Shown: piece by piece, positions 1 through 13,911 of the stretch
Position numbering within the stretch: the stretch's first letter is position 1
Layout: each line of letters opens with the position of its first letter
From: Phoronis australis
Taxonomy: Eukaryota > Animalia > Phoronida
Reading direction: 5' to 3'
Length of the DNA: 64,000 nt
Assembly: GCA_002633005.1 (NCBI GenBank)
Contig: NMRA01000022.1
Coordinates: 1,652,502 to 1,716,501, forward strand
Program-made: the position numbers and the translations under genes
Notes under the pieces: model-generated
Databases searched by the model: none
Seen by the model: the letters and a program-made list of their open reading frames with translations, nothing else
What the model was told of the DNA's origin: nothing

Positions 1-1368
1 ACACCTGGCCGTGGGATGGAAATCGAGTTGTTTCACAACAGTTTCTGCCAGCAAACACTAAATTAGCATGAGCTCCCCACACGGCCTCGGTGACCCGTCA
101 ATTAGTTTTATTGCACCTAAAGCCGGTAACGCAGTGATTTATTCCTTGCTGGTTTCTCAAATCATTTGCTCTCACGAAAACTCCAAAGGCATTACAAATT
201 GCATCTAATGAGACAGACTTTGTTTCAGTTTTTCATAAGTATTGGTTAGGGTGAGAATAATTCATTTTGAAACAGAACGCTCAGTAATAAACAGCAACAC
301 GGCAACTCGCAATCCCGACTTAGGACGAGCTAGAGCTCATCAGTCTCGACTTCGCAGGTGGATCATTAAGTTTTACAGGCTATCAATTCGAACAGGAATA
401 CAGTGATGAAGAAATACTACAGAGGCGCCGTGAACAAGCTCAGACAACGGAACATATGGAGTTATTTGGTAAGCCGGCATTCGTGAGGCACTGTCGACGT
501 CTGCATGCCACAGACACGGAGATGTTTCACACCTCATACTTGCTATTTACAGTGTACATTTCATTCTTCACTACCATGAGCCACTTCCTAAGCATTTCGG
601 ACTCTCGAGGAAGCAAAAAAATGATATACCCGCTTTCCTCGCAGCTGCTTAGTTCCGACAAGCAGGAACGATGCACCATAACATAGCGGCATTCACTCTG
701 CATATGAACCACTGACGTCGCTAGCGTCGTTTCTCACCTTCCTCACAGGTTAACGCGACACCTCTTGGCAAGGTAAGGTCGACCGTATGCGAGGCGATGT
801 GGATATAGACCGATTAAGACGGCAAAAAAGACTAATTAAATCGGGTGGCATTCTCCTTTAAAAGTCTAGCGTGAACCTACATCAACCTGGCTAAATAAGA
901 TCTAGCTTGCCTGTGACTACTAATGGTAAACAATACAACAACCAATTGGTGTAAGAGATAGTGTTAAATTTCTTACTAGCATAAAAGTCAATTAAGAACG
1001 ATCTTTAAACAAAGAAGTCAACCCACAACTAGAATTTTGGTTAAAGAACGATTACATCATGGCCTCACTATTTAAGAATGACAACTTCATGTTTTGGTAC
1101 TCTTCTACATGCAGATGCAGAACGCATGCTATGCGTTGTTTATCTAACCAAAACAGATAAGAAAAAAAGGGAACATTTTGATAAACTTTTTAAAATGTTG
1201 TGCTCATGTATTTCACAAACAGGGGACTTCAACTAGGAATTATTTTGTTGAAAGCACAATGAATGCAGTGCTTAGTCTGAGCCAGAAGCCACTTTGTACA
1301 TGGTGGATTACATAAGACAATTACAGAGGGATAAGTCAACAGATTTTGATCTAATGACCACTCACTGG

Positions 1369-2640
1369 TTATTACTTGGCAAAATAAATTTCGCAAAGTA
1401 TGTTGCTCTGTCATTACTTGTTACTTGGCGAAATAAATTTCGCCAAGTATATTGCTCTGACACTAAGTTTTTTTCTTTTGTTTGTTCGCACGATACAGGT
1501 CGCAATTTTCGTCCGATCATCACGAAATTTACACATAATACGTACTTCCGGAAGTACTGGAAGCCTATTGTTTTTTGTCAAAATCGGACCCAAGATGGCG
1601 GCTGTGGCGGCCATTTTGTTTCCATTTAAAGGTTCAAATGCTTCTGGAGGCTACAATTTTTTACGTAAAAGGCTAAGAATCGGCACAGTAAATGGACCGG
1701 AAGTTTTCTACAAGTTTACCAGAAATTGTTCACTTCCGGTTAAAGATGGCGGAAATATCGGCGATTGCGCATGCGCACCTCGATTTTGGCCTAAAAATGT
1801 TCTCTCCTGTAGAGGGCGCATTATAAGATCAATTCCTTCAAATTTTTACAGGTATTAGTTTCTTATGACATGCTATTATACAAAGCCAAAAAACCGGAAG
1901 TTGCTTTCAAGATGGCGGATCTGGCGCATGTTGACCGATTTTCAGTCGTGCTGGAGTGCGATTTTAAACTGGAAGAGAAAAAGACGTGATTTTTTGCATG
2001 TGGATTCTTTCAAGTATATTCTTTCAAATGGCCTGTAACAATTTCTTTCTCAGACTTACCGTTTTTGAGTTATTTGACTTTGAATTTCTTAAAAAAACAC
2101 AAAATTTCATTTTTTTCGAACAATTTACGGAATTAGGCGATACCATCAGTTTAGATAGAATTTTGAACAGGCTTTCAGAAGATGTTTTCCACTTTTCGCT
2201 AGGACGTCTACTTTTCGAGTTATTTGAGATTTTCTGATAACGCTGTTCCTTTGTTGAGCGCTCTTGCTGAATTGATGTTGGTTTATCTTCTATTGAACTA
2301 GACTGTAGCCTATTTCTTATTGATTTATGACATCTAAGTTTGTCATATGAATGTTGTGATGTTGTTCATCATCACCACCACCATCATCATATTCGTCATC
2401 ATCATCATCATCTCCGTCGTTGTCTTTTCCGTTAATTTCACCAAGTGTCGCTTAAGACTGTAGCCTTTTTCTTACTGATTTCGGACTTCTACGTTCGTCA
2501 TGTGTATGCTATTATTATTTCTTTCGTTCATCCTCGCCACCATCGTCGTCATCTTCGTCATCTTCGTCATCATCTTTATCGTCATCTTTTTGGTTAATTT
2601 CGCCAAGTTTCGCTGACCCAGGTGACCCACCTACGGACCA
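1369..2640 (+). mobile_element. Non-autonomous Helentron-associated (DINE-1/HINE-like) element
   Basis: 5' stem-loop TACTTGGCGAAAT-aa-ATTTCGCCAAGTA (1422-1449; degenerate copy 1373-1400). 3' sub-terminal repeat ATTTCGCCAAGT (2597-2608), then short hairpin AGGTG-acc-CACCT (2620-2632). Internal (CAT/CGT)n microsatellite and a ~157-bp tandem duplication (2300-2610). Confidence 0.65.
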
Positions 2641-5600
2641 ACTGGAATGAATCAGAAAGCAATATAACACACACTAAAAGCAGTCACAAGAGCTGCAACT
2701 GTCAGCTTGAAGAGTGACAATTACATAACAGTTATAACTATAGCTTAGTTTAGTTGGTCTCAATACAGCTTCACCAGAACTTGTTATTAGCTAGGGACTG
2801 GTTCCAGTGCCCTATCAGAATTTTCAACATTGGATTCCACAACTTGCAGTGTGATATTGATGTATTCATAAGTGGGGAGAGCACTGCTCCAACAAGACAC
2901 TTAAGTCGTCCCTAGTGCTTTGTAAACAAATTTAGATGCAATGAATATCTAACAAACTGTTTGTGAGGATGGAAGTAATGAAAAAATCTATGCACTTGTT
3001 AGCTGACAAATGGCAGAAAGATTGATGCAATTAAAACCAAAAGAAAATCACCATGATTTTGTACTCTTAGTTAATAATTTACACAGCAGCGTTGATCGTT
3101 TTAGTAAAGCAACAAGCTGGCTGAAGTCAAAAGGACATTGCCAAAATTTTATACTAACATCGACGCGTCACTGTTTGGGGAGTTGCGATCATGGATCGAA
3201 GTTAACACCACCACTTAACTTCGCAGAGGACATGCAGATTTTACAGTGAAACATCGACGCTTCCGTGTGGTATACATGGTCAACTTTCATCGAAGTTATC
3301 TCCAGGGTCGACTGCTATAGTCAACAATGAAAGGGCAGTGTTGTCGCAAATAGTTCCTAATAATTTGCTTGAATAATAACCAATCCAATTAGAAGTAAGT
3401 TTAAATCAATTAGCACATGTAAATGTTCTCAAATTGTCACATCTTAGCACGCATGGGATGCATCAGCACTACCTTGCGATTACTTCGATGACGACAGCAC
3501 CACCTACTGCTTTCTTCAATGCTGTTTGCTACCGAAGCTGGTATGAATGATTCAATTAAGCTGGCAGTTCACATCAATGCTCCACTCATACCGAAGTTCA
3601 GGGCCTTTGATAAATAAATTACACAGCAGCACTCATCATTTTAGTGAAGCAACAAATATACGACTACCAAATATTAACAAAAGTTAATAAACGTTGATTA
3701 CAAAAAGAACTGCTGAATACACAGCACTTGACAGTAAAAGCAATAATGAGCCAGTGAAGTGGCAGGCCTTTGTGAGAAATGCAAATAACAGGAATTAAGT
3801 GCAGCGAATAGTGAATGTGACATTGTTCCAGATTGACTAACAAATTCAGCAGCTTCAAAAAAAAAACGTTATTTAATCCTTGCAAGGACTGGAATGAAGT
3901 TAAAAATCGTTCCACAACAAAAGGATTTTGTATTGCAAAACGCTTTAAGTTTTTTAAAAAGATCTCACAACATAGTAAACACTTATAAATATTGCAGACT
4001 GCCTGGGAACAGATTTAAAGTCCCAAAAAATGAGCCAACTGCCTTTTAGATATGTTAAATACATGTACTTTTGTGCAACAAATCTTTGTTTCGTTTTATT
4101 CCACACAACCACTAACTAATTACTGCACATTTTGTGCCCCCCACATTATGTGCCCTAATCAGAAACCCTTTTATTTTCTCGACGAATCACAGTAGACTGG
4201 CCTATTGACATCATCGTTGAGAGTGAGCAACACATTACAGCGCTAACCACAACCTGTAGTGAGCACCAGATCGGCTGCTGGGACAGTAAAAAACAAAGTA
4301 GTTTGCTCAAGGAATGTCACCAATTAGAAACATCGCTGACGTTAGGCATCAATGTCGACTGATAATGCAATATTACTAAGCAAAACAATGGTGTCAGGCA
4401 AAGCACCCTTCGAACCGAACAGCGGCGTAGATCTCGGATAGGGTCTGCCATCGATTCACTCACGACCCACGACGAACCAATTTTCGAAGTATTTGCACCC
4501 ACGTAAAAGGTCCTACAACAGCTACGTTTCGTACTGAATCTGACAACGGCAAACTCACCGAACTCTGTGGTTGAAAAAAAACTAATTTTTCACGTAAGAT
4601 GTCTTGATTATCCACTAACGATATTCTCGACAATAAATCACCGCGACATGGTCGGTACCATTTTATACGATCGTGGCTCAGAAATGTCGTCAATTAACGG
4701 TGAGGGTGAATGTGGCCTACGTCTCGTTTTTATTGCAAAAAACAAACGTAAAGATGACAACCCTTGGCTGTTACTTGCCAAACGACGGTCACAACTTGTC
4801 TTGCATCAGAATAAAAGTAAGTCGACAACAAATTCTCAAGCCCTCTTATCTGGGACAGCACGCGCGACATATATATGAGTCATCTGTCACTCACGTGTTG
4901 CAGCCAATGTATCACGTACTCCAGCGGTGAGAACGTAGAGGTGCACACCTCCCAAGTCGCACATCAAAAGAGTACGGTGGCCGTTCTAAATAAAATATTG
5001 CACTGGCTTGGCTTGATTAAGTGCTCAGTGGGTGTTGCATATACTCGAATGCACGTGACCAGAAGATGAGCGCTGATTCAACTTGAGTCTTGTGGCACAT
5101 TCTTTGAAATCTAACATCGGGAAAGGGTGTACATAAACCCCGCACGTGAACGTCAGGCAATACGGCTTTGGGTACACTTTGGAGGCACGCGCTGAACAAA
5201 GTGTGCAGTCAGCATGTCGATGGGTTGTGCTATGACGGGAACGGCGTATTTCCCCGACTTCAAAGTATAAAATGCCTTGTGCAATTGGTCTTTCAAATCG
5301 AACAATAGTTTAAATATGACAACCTATTCGCAGCGCTAACTTTGTCCTTTTTGCTCAATATTTTGTTTCCACCTCAATTGCGCTTAGATTTTCCTGCAGG
5401 TCTCACTAATCGGCGTGCAGCTAGCTGCGTCGGTTACGGGTTAAGTTTCGCATGCCTCAGTTGTGTAAAATGCATTTGTCTTCAAATGACGGTCCGTAGC
5501 GAGTTCCGTGACAATTGGCCAGTAAGTTTCCCCTTCTGTTTCACTTTACTCGGATTCCTCTTGCTTGAATATACACGGCGCTAATCCATCCAAACGTTAT

Positions 5601-8600
5601 TTCTACATTTTCTTAATCTTCCATTTCGCAGTACTTTTCATTGAACGTCCGTCCATTGCAAGGTATTATACTTTTCTAACCCAAGTGCGAAAAGTCTCGA
5701 GTCATTCTTTTTCATCATGCTGCGAGTGAGCCTTTCGCTTCGTTAAGATGTGTAATGCCGATGTACTCCCCGACATAATCCCGTAATTATCACGGAGCGA
5801 CTACAAACAAATTAATTCTCCGGTACAGGCATTCCGCCAGGATGTCGCCGTAGGTCGGACAAATCTCCATTCATTGCAAACCTGTCCCCCAAGGCACGCA
5901 GAGACCCTGTTTGTTAAATCTGTTCGTTAAACCCCGACGTCTTTGTGAATAAGCATTTGATGTTAGACTGAGTAAGTGGTACCCACCGAGAACGCGCTAC
6001 TGTCTTCAGCGATGCTAAACTATCAAGGGACAGTGAGTTGTAGGATATTACATGTACGTGGAAGTGCCGAGATAGGTGTCGAATAGTATTTGAGCTTGGT
6101 TGTCTCTGACAGTTGTAATTTTGAAAATCTGTGACTTGAAATATGCACCAGACACCGTAAGGTAAGCTTCCTGTGGCAACGGACTGTTCGATACGTCTTG
6201 GGTACCAACGATGACGTCATTTGCGTCGATTAGAACAAGCGCCACCTAAAGTTTTTTTTCCACGCTAAATGGGGTTCATGATGGGGTCGTACGATAGTAA
6301 TTGGCGTAATTAGCTAATGCCAGGAGTAAAGGGAGGGATGATATGTTTGTGTCGATCAATGATACAGATAGTTAACATGTTCAAAAGTCATTTGGCCGTT
6401 ATGTATGGTCTTTAAGGGCAAAACACTGTCTGAAGACACTAGATACGGTAATTGATAAAATAAGATTAGTCAGTCAGAATACCTGCATTTCGGTGTTTTT
6501 TCTTCATTTTTACAACAGTTAAGAGAAAATCTATAAAACTTAATTAAGACCAAAATCATGAATCTTTTTATTGCTGAACTAATTGAATGGGAGCACACTG
6601 TCTCAATCACAGAGCCATTGCCAAGCGCGTAACCATGGGGGTGTGCAAGAGTTACACAATCGTACAGATTGAGTTAAGTTGATTGGGACCCACCCAACAA
6701 CATAAGCCAATCACACAAAACACAATTATAGCCAAGTTGGAAGAATTATGTAAACATTTAATTAGTTAATTAACCACAGAGCACAACCTCCTGCTGTCTG
6801 TAGGCAGTCACAGAATGTCAGAGATACAAAGTTAAAGTGTTGCATACAGACTAATAACTACTTACAGCCTTCCTTGGGTGGATTGTGGTTATTCTTGATG
6901 TATTAGACTATCCAGAAACTTCTAGCAATGCAGGGAGACATACATTTTCACTAATACAAAAATTAGCAGTAGCGTAGAATCGGAACTCACCATCTCTACC
7001 ATAGCATATCGATGAACGATCTTAACCACTACGTCAAATCCTACAGAGCAGAGTATTTCAAGCGCATTAATTGGTAAAGACACTCTGGCAAATGTCTCGC
7101 AAAGAATGCCAAGAATTGTCAATTTGTAACAAAATCACAAAGAACAATGATTTTATTGTTTCATAGCTCTGGTCAAAACTCACAGCTTTAAAAAGTCCAT
7201 TCCATTCAACAATAACCTCAATACTTGCAATAGATGGCTGCAGAAACAATTATGTCCTTTTAAACAACACGACGACATAATTGAAAGCTCAAATGAAAGC
7301 ACATGAAATTGTACGCGAAGAGGCTTTTTCATGCCATATTAAGTCACGGTCAGAAAAGAGCGACCGACAGTAGTATTTCTGAACATTTCTAAGTACCATT
7401 GTGGAAGTATGTATTTGTCACGGAAATATTGAATAGAACACCAACGTGAGAGTGTTCTTCGAAGCTGTTTGAATTACAGTTAACATACATGATAACACCC
7501 TTGATGCTTTATTTGGCAAGCCTGAAAACTGGGGCTGCTTAACCCAGAAATAGGTGTCACGAAATACGTCCAATCCATGCAAACATGGAAAGGTGGCATT
7601 TTTATCTATTTGCCAAATTTCATGAAAATCCGTTCAAGAAATCCGAAGACAGAGGCAAATGTAGAAAAAAACTGCCGCTACAGGGATCCCTCTGGCAGTT
7701 GAATCAGTACCAAAACTTGCTATACCATCTCACCCATAAACGAAACATGTAATTTATTCAAAATTTCATGAACAGCTATCCATGGGATAGGGAGATACAG
7801 CAGCAGACACCAGACGGAAGCTGGCTGGACACCGTGCAGACAGATGGACATACATGGAGGACAGCAAAATGCACCCACATATAATATGATTTTTTTATGA
7901 GATTTGAGCTTACATGGTATGATATTTGTTAGTCTTAACTAGTGTCTGATGACTACTCAAAGATAGTATAACGTTCTATCATACAACACTTATTAGTTAG
8001 GAATCCTAGATTTATTTGACAAAAAAAATGCCAGAAAAAACAACCTACAGCAGCACGCAATGACCACCGTCCTCTTCAAACACACTGTGGTACAAGCAAA
8101 CTGCCCCTAAACATTATCTTTTCAAGATACGCAACAGCTACCAAGACTAAATTGTAAATGTCTATAAATTTTTCATTATTAGATAATGGAAAGTATTGAT
8201 TGAATTAATGTCATTTCATCAAACTGATTTGACACTAACTTTATGTGGCTCAAATACAGGAAGCAAAATGTCAAAATGACATATCCATGTGCTGGTAAAA
8301 TGAGATCATTTTAACTTTGACCAAACCTCTGCCAGACTTTTTCGGCAAGTCAAAATGGAAAAAGTAACTATTGCATTACCAACAAGGACCCTGTAATATC
8401 CAGGCACCAGCTTTGAGGTTGCAGTAAATGTAATTTTTTTGAACACCAGCTCTGGAGTTGTGTGTTAAAAGGAAAATGCATTTATTTCAATCCTCTGTTA
8501 AAAGCACTACGCTAGTCTAAATTCAACAAAAGACAAATGATTTGTAACTTTTAAGCCCTGTGTCAATTTCCATACAACAACAGATTTTTGATCCATTATC

Positions 8601-11600
8601 ATCATGTTGGAACTTTTTTCCCATAAAACTTTTGTAAGTGCCTAACACTTCAATTTACACTGTTTTCTTCTACTTGGCTTCAAATTTATAAATGAGTTCT
8701 TTAATGATTTAAACAATAATTTAAAGCAATGCAGAGCGTTGATATGCACCCATCATGTGCATCGCATACAGCACACATTCAAAGCATGCACTAGAGGGAG
8801 AAATGCTAATAAACCTGCAATACTAATAAACTTAAAATAGCCTCAAAGAAAGTCTGTCAAGAAATACCAGAAACACAGATTGAGGAAAACGTAAAAATAA
8901 AATTGCCTCTAGAAGACACGAGTAGTCAGATCCATCCGGAAAGTTGCATATATCATCACATTCCATGACTATAAGAAACATTATCCCTACAAAATTTCAC
9001 ATGGGCACACCGGAAGAAAATGCAAATGCATCATTATAGGGCTTCTCAAATATTATTTGCTGATGCTATGATTCTATTAGCCAAAACAGCTGTCGCCATG
9101 GAGAAACTAATTGGTAAAGCAGAAGACTATTGCAATAGATAGAAATTGCATGTAAACATGCCCAAGAATATAGCCATATAAAATAAACTCTTCGCTAAAA
9201 CTTGATGAAGCATCTGAATAGTTTTTTAGGCAATTGCAAAATTTGTAATTACAAAATGTGTAATTATAAAAGCCCGAAATATAAAGCAGTATCTGTTCTA
9301 GTCGGTAAACGCTTTAAGCGGTAACACCAGTAAATTTAGTTGCTACAATATGTTAAGAGCATCGATGAGTCCACTAGAGCCATTAATTGTAAAATGTAAC
9401 GAACTGTTAGGCGCATTGGCTTGCTTTTGTCTACGTCACTGCGAGAATCACCTTTTAATTCAAACAGCTGAGATTAACACCAGCACGCAATGGTGTTCTA
9501 TTCAGACCCTTTTCAATACAACTGTAATCGGCCTTTTGTTGCTTGTGGTGGGATCTCATCATCTGACAGGCTTACATTTGCACGACTGAACTCGAGTTTT
9601 CTTATTTTACTAAGCCTTTGCTAAGACTTCTGGTTAGCCCAATATTCCGTTGAAGTTAGGCTTTAAACATGATTTGAAGTCCATACATTAAATTGCAGAA
9701 TCAAGTCACACATATCACACTCGAATTGTGCATCAAGTATTAACCTGCACACGTCGAATTTGCGATTATGCGAACACATATATCTGCAGAAATAATATGA
9801 TGACTATAACTGCACGGAAATCAAGCACTTCGAAAAAACTTATTCACTAGAAGATTCAACTTAATTATTCGCTCGTCACTCCGCCACTTGCATTTCTAAC
9901 CTACCCGTGAACTCGTGAACTAAAACATTCACTGGGTTCATTGGCTAGCATTTGGGTCACTACGTGTCATCATTAGGTCAAAAGAAAGCTGAAAATTATA
10001 ACTGGTAAGACTGCAGTTCCCTAAATATGTCAAGGAAATTTGATCTGGTTAGTACTAACACACTGAATAAGTATTTTCCTTCCATTCTTTTGGCTTATGT
10101 CCATTTCACCAAGTGTTGAAAAGAACTGCCATGGCCCTACTATATCTGTTTTAGAAAGAAACAGTTGACATCAATACGCCACTGTCATGACGGAAATTAT
10201 AAGACTCTAAATGGAGTTATTGAGTACTCTTTAAGAGATCTCCATTCACCAACACATACATATTATATCAAAATATAGTATGATGCACAGAACGAGATGG
10301 TACAACTTAATAGACATTGTTGGGCTTCACATGTGAAGAACGTCTCAATGGCTTGCAGAGAGGTTTGGGTAAATCAAGGCATGGCATTTAATCACAGTAC
10401 TTATGCAACCATGTAATGACATAGACATGCAACATCTAGTAGTCATTCGATAAGCATAAACTTGGTTAAAGACAATTCTTTTGTCGCAAGAATATGCAGG
10501 GTGATTCTCAACAAATTTTCCAAGAGAAACAGGAAGTTCAAATGTCGATGACTGTCACTTTTATGTATTGACCTCATACTGATGTTGAACCTTTCTATGC
10601 TAGCGTTTTCAGTGGTGTCACAGTTGTTTTACACAACGCTTGTTGCATTTGGTCTAATGAAGCATGACAACACATGAAATAATCTCTTTACAGAAGGCCT
10701 AGCTGAACTAACGAGAAAGTTTAAAGGAGACAAAGTCTTACTATACTAAGGATTCAAGCACTTGTAGGCGCTGGTTATCTACCTCATCAGCATCAAAGCG
10801 CATTTTCGAATTGAAAAACGCGCTACTCCATGGAAGGCACACTGTAAGTACGAATTTGATCAACACACTGTTGAAAAAGTCCTGATCAGCTGCATTGAAA
10901 AATATTTTTGAAAAGCATGTAACAGCATTTGTTCACAACAGAATTGTGCAGGCTTATGCAAAGTTTTCGGTCCCTTACTGAAGTAGTTTTAGCAAAAGTT
11001 TGGGGAATGTTTCAGGAGAAACACCCTGCACATAAACTAATGAATTACAGATTATAAAACCCCAAACAATGACTTTTTATGCAAGTATACATAAATGTGT
11101 AGATATGCTGGTAGATCAGATTAATTTTTTCAAAGGGATACGGCCCATAACTGTGACACATAAATCTCCAACAGGATTTCCCTTTGAGAATACTGGTGCG
11201 TAACGCGAGTTTTTACGGTGGGTTTTTCAGCCGTTGTCGATCAACACCAAAAATGACGGCACGAAAGGATTATACTGTTCTCAGGGGCACATCACTTCAG
11301 GTGAATGGCATAATCCCCAAATTTCCCCAGCTTCAACAGTTTTTGTGTCTATGCTCATAAAATACAATATAGAATCAAACTGGTACACCAACTACTCACT
11401 GACGATATCATGCATGCTTGCGACAGTGTATCCCATCTTTGCATGTCACCATGATGCGTGTACAATATGTATGTATAGGCATATATACTATTTAGTTTTA
11501 TAGATCTCAGAATTGCGGGCTTGTGTGATAAGGGTGTGCACCCATGTGAAGAGTGGCTCTCCAATCCCTGGCAATAGGATACGAAAATGTTCTGCAACAT

Positions 11601-12482
11601 GCCTTCAATGGCCTATGTATTGTGTACGCTTGAATCTGGCAAATGCCTATGTACACCTGTATCAGTTTCAAACCAAACAATTTTTTCATATTGTAATTAG
11701 GAAAGTATCAAATATCGACTTTTTAAAGCTTGAATATTCCACTGATACAAATTATGTTATAGCGACAATTTAGGCCATTATACAAAATTATCACATGCAA
11801 AATTGTTGCGCTGAACCAAATTGTCACAATTTTGAAGTTGTGACAATTTGGGATGTTGTGTCAATTTGGGCCTGCACAATGCCTTTTAAACTGTGAAGAG
11901 CTAAAGAATTTTACCAGCCCGGAGTAGGTGAGATGGCTACTATGACACTAGGGACAAACAATAAAAATGTTTCTGAATTTGCTATAATACCTTTCTGCCG
12001 TTTATGTAGTGCCAAAATAGTACACTTTATCCTTAACTGCTGCGTTTAGGCCATTTGAAATTATGTCACATCCCTCTGTCCTAACGCAGTGTTAATAATA
12101 GATAACCATGGAGGACAGATTGGTGGCAATGGCAGGTGGAGGGTATAAGCACAAAGGTGGTGGCAAAGGAAGGTGAGTGTCTGTTGTGAGCCACTTCTGC
12201 TACAGCTAGTAGGTTGAACACTAATGCTTTGCTGTGTTGACTCAAACAGAGTAAAAAAAAGGCTGACATGTATGCTAATTAGTATTCTGTGGCGAGCTTT
12301 CCAGCATCTTAGTGTGGTCTAGCTCCCACTTGCAAATGATGGTTAATAAACTTACAACTGAAATTACATGACTGTTCTAGACAAATCCGAATTTACAGGC
12401 ATTTTCCAGACTTCACAAATCACAAGTTAGATTTTTGGAGCCACCTAGTTCTTTGTCCTGGGCCTACCAATGCAAAACTTAC

Positions 12483-12650
12483 AATTCTGTGATTGAGCGC
12501 CCGGAGTTCCTTCTCTGCATACTTCCTCCTTTTCTGCTCCAACCGTTGTCTTTTGTACTGGTTGTATTTATAAACAAGGTACATGCCAGGTACCGCCAGC
12601 ACCTGCAAAGGCTTCATCACCGATGACTGACCAGTGTCCAGTCTGGACAT
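12483..12650 (-). CDS. First coding exon of a small conserved invertebrate protein, probably a C-terminal RING-finger (neuralized-like annotated) family member
   Basis: MSRLDTGQSSVMKPLQVLAVPGMYLVYKYNQYKRQRLEQKRRKYAEKELRALNHRI. Acceptor ttttattgcag (exon starts 12690) and phase-0 donor gtaagt (12482-12477). Hydrophobic stretch, then YKYNQ.KRQ..E..RR...E.EL..LNH.I coiled coil that I recall from small invertebrate RING proteins. The RING exon itself was not found in the window. Confidence 0.7.
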
Positions 12651-13683
12651 GTTGTTAGTGGCAATAAAACTGACTCACGCTGTTTTTCTTCTGCAATAAA
12701 AATTAATTACAATCAATAATGAATATGACCAGGCTTAAGCGATCATACAGACAGAGTTTAAACTGGTGCAACTTACCCCACATCATCGAGGTGTGATATG
12801 TAGCACTCCATCAATTTGACCCCTTAAAAGTACTAGTCTAAGTACTAGTACCTACTGACTGAACCTCACTGAAGCAGTGTCAAGGACGAGATAATTGTTA
12901 GTCGTGAACTTGTTCATTCCCGCACTTTCCTCCCATGACATGTGTGCAAATGGACTTTCTACGTATCATTGGTGCATTGATACTGAATGCTGAAGCCGTA
13001 GTTTTTTAGTACATAATGTTGTCCTTTAAAGTAAATGGTCAACTGCTGATTTAGACACCATTATAATACAAAATGGCAATGATGATATCTTAGGTACATT
13101 TGTCCCCTCACAATTGAATTATACATACAGTGTGGCAATTAAAAACAACAAATAAATACATCTGGGTTGTATTTGGAACTACTTTTAAAGCAAAAGCAAG
13201 TCGGCCAAATAAGCCTATTTTCGCTATTCACCAAACAAACTTTTTAGCAATACGATTGGTCAACAGGTGTGACGCAACGAGTTTATCAGCCTAAGTTCAA
13301 AGTAAATTTTTAAAATAAACCAGTTTACCATTACACTAGTATTTAGTTTCAACAATACAAGTCTTGAAGTTAACTGGCAACACACATTTACATTGGCTCA
13401 AATTTCTTTTTTAAAGTACTGCCCCAGAAATGGCTTTCGCATTATATTTAGGTTCTCATTCACTCCCTTGCATACACTCACAATAAGACCGAGCTTGGAG
13501 GAGTAGGAGACACATTGAGCTATGCTCGATTGTCTGCCAGTAAAGCCAGGATTCAAATCCGGTCTCCGAAATGAGAGCCCAGTTCAAATTAAGACGATAG
13601 CAAATTCACAAGAATACCGGTCTGAGCTGGTCATCACTTTTGATGCTGAGAAGACCAGAAATCACAATGGCACGGCAAAGTCC

Positions 13684-13911
13684 AAATACCCATACCAAAC
13701 AATATACATACCAAACAATACCCATACCAAACAATACCCATACCAAGCAATACCCATACCAAGCAATACCCATACCAAGCAATACCCATACCAAGCAATA
13801 CCCATACCAAGCAATACCCATACCAAACAATACCCATACCAAACAATACCCATACCAACCAATACCCATACCAACCAATACCCATACCTAACAATACTCC
13901 ATTACCAGCAA
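13684..13911. repeat. 16-bp minisatellite (CAATACCCATACCAA[A/G/C]) x ~14
   Basis: Directly visible tandem units; they explain the repetitive ORFs at 13522-13923. Confidence 0.95.

Noticed and set aside
3072-3655. ~45-bp direct repeat (TTACACAGCAGC...TTTTAGT.AAGCAACAA at ~3078 and ~3619) as LTRs or a TSD
   Set aside because: Too diverged and long for a TSD, too short for LTRs; probably an old local duplication.
4890-4945. Minus-strand LYVL...YIGC resembling a GIY-YIG endonuclease motif
   Set aside because: It needs a frameshift, is followed by a stop, and lacks the downstream R/E residues; chance is likely.
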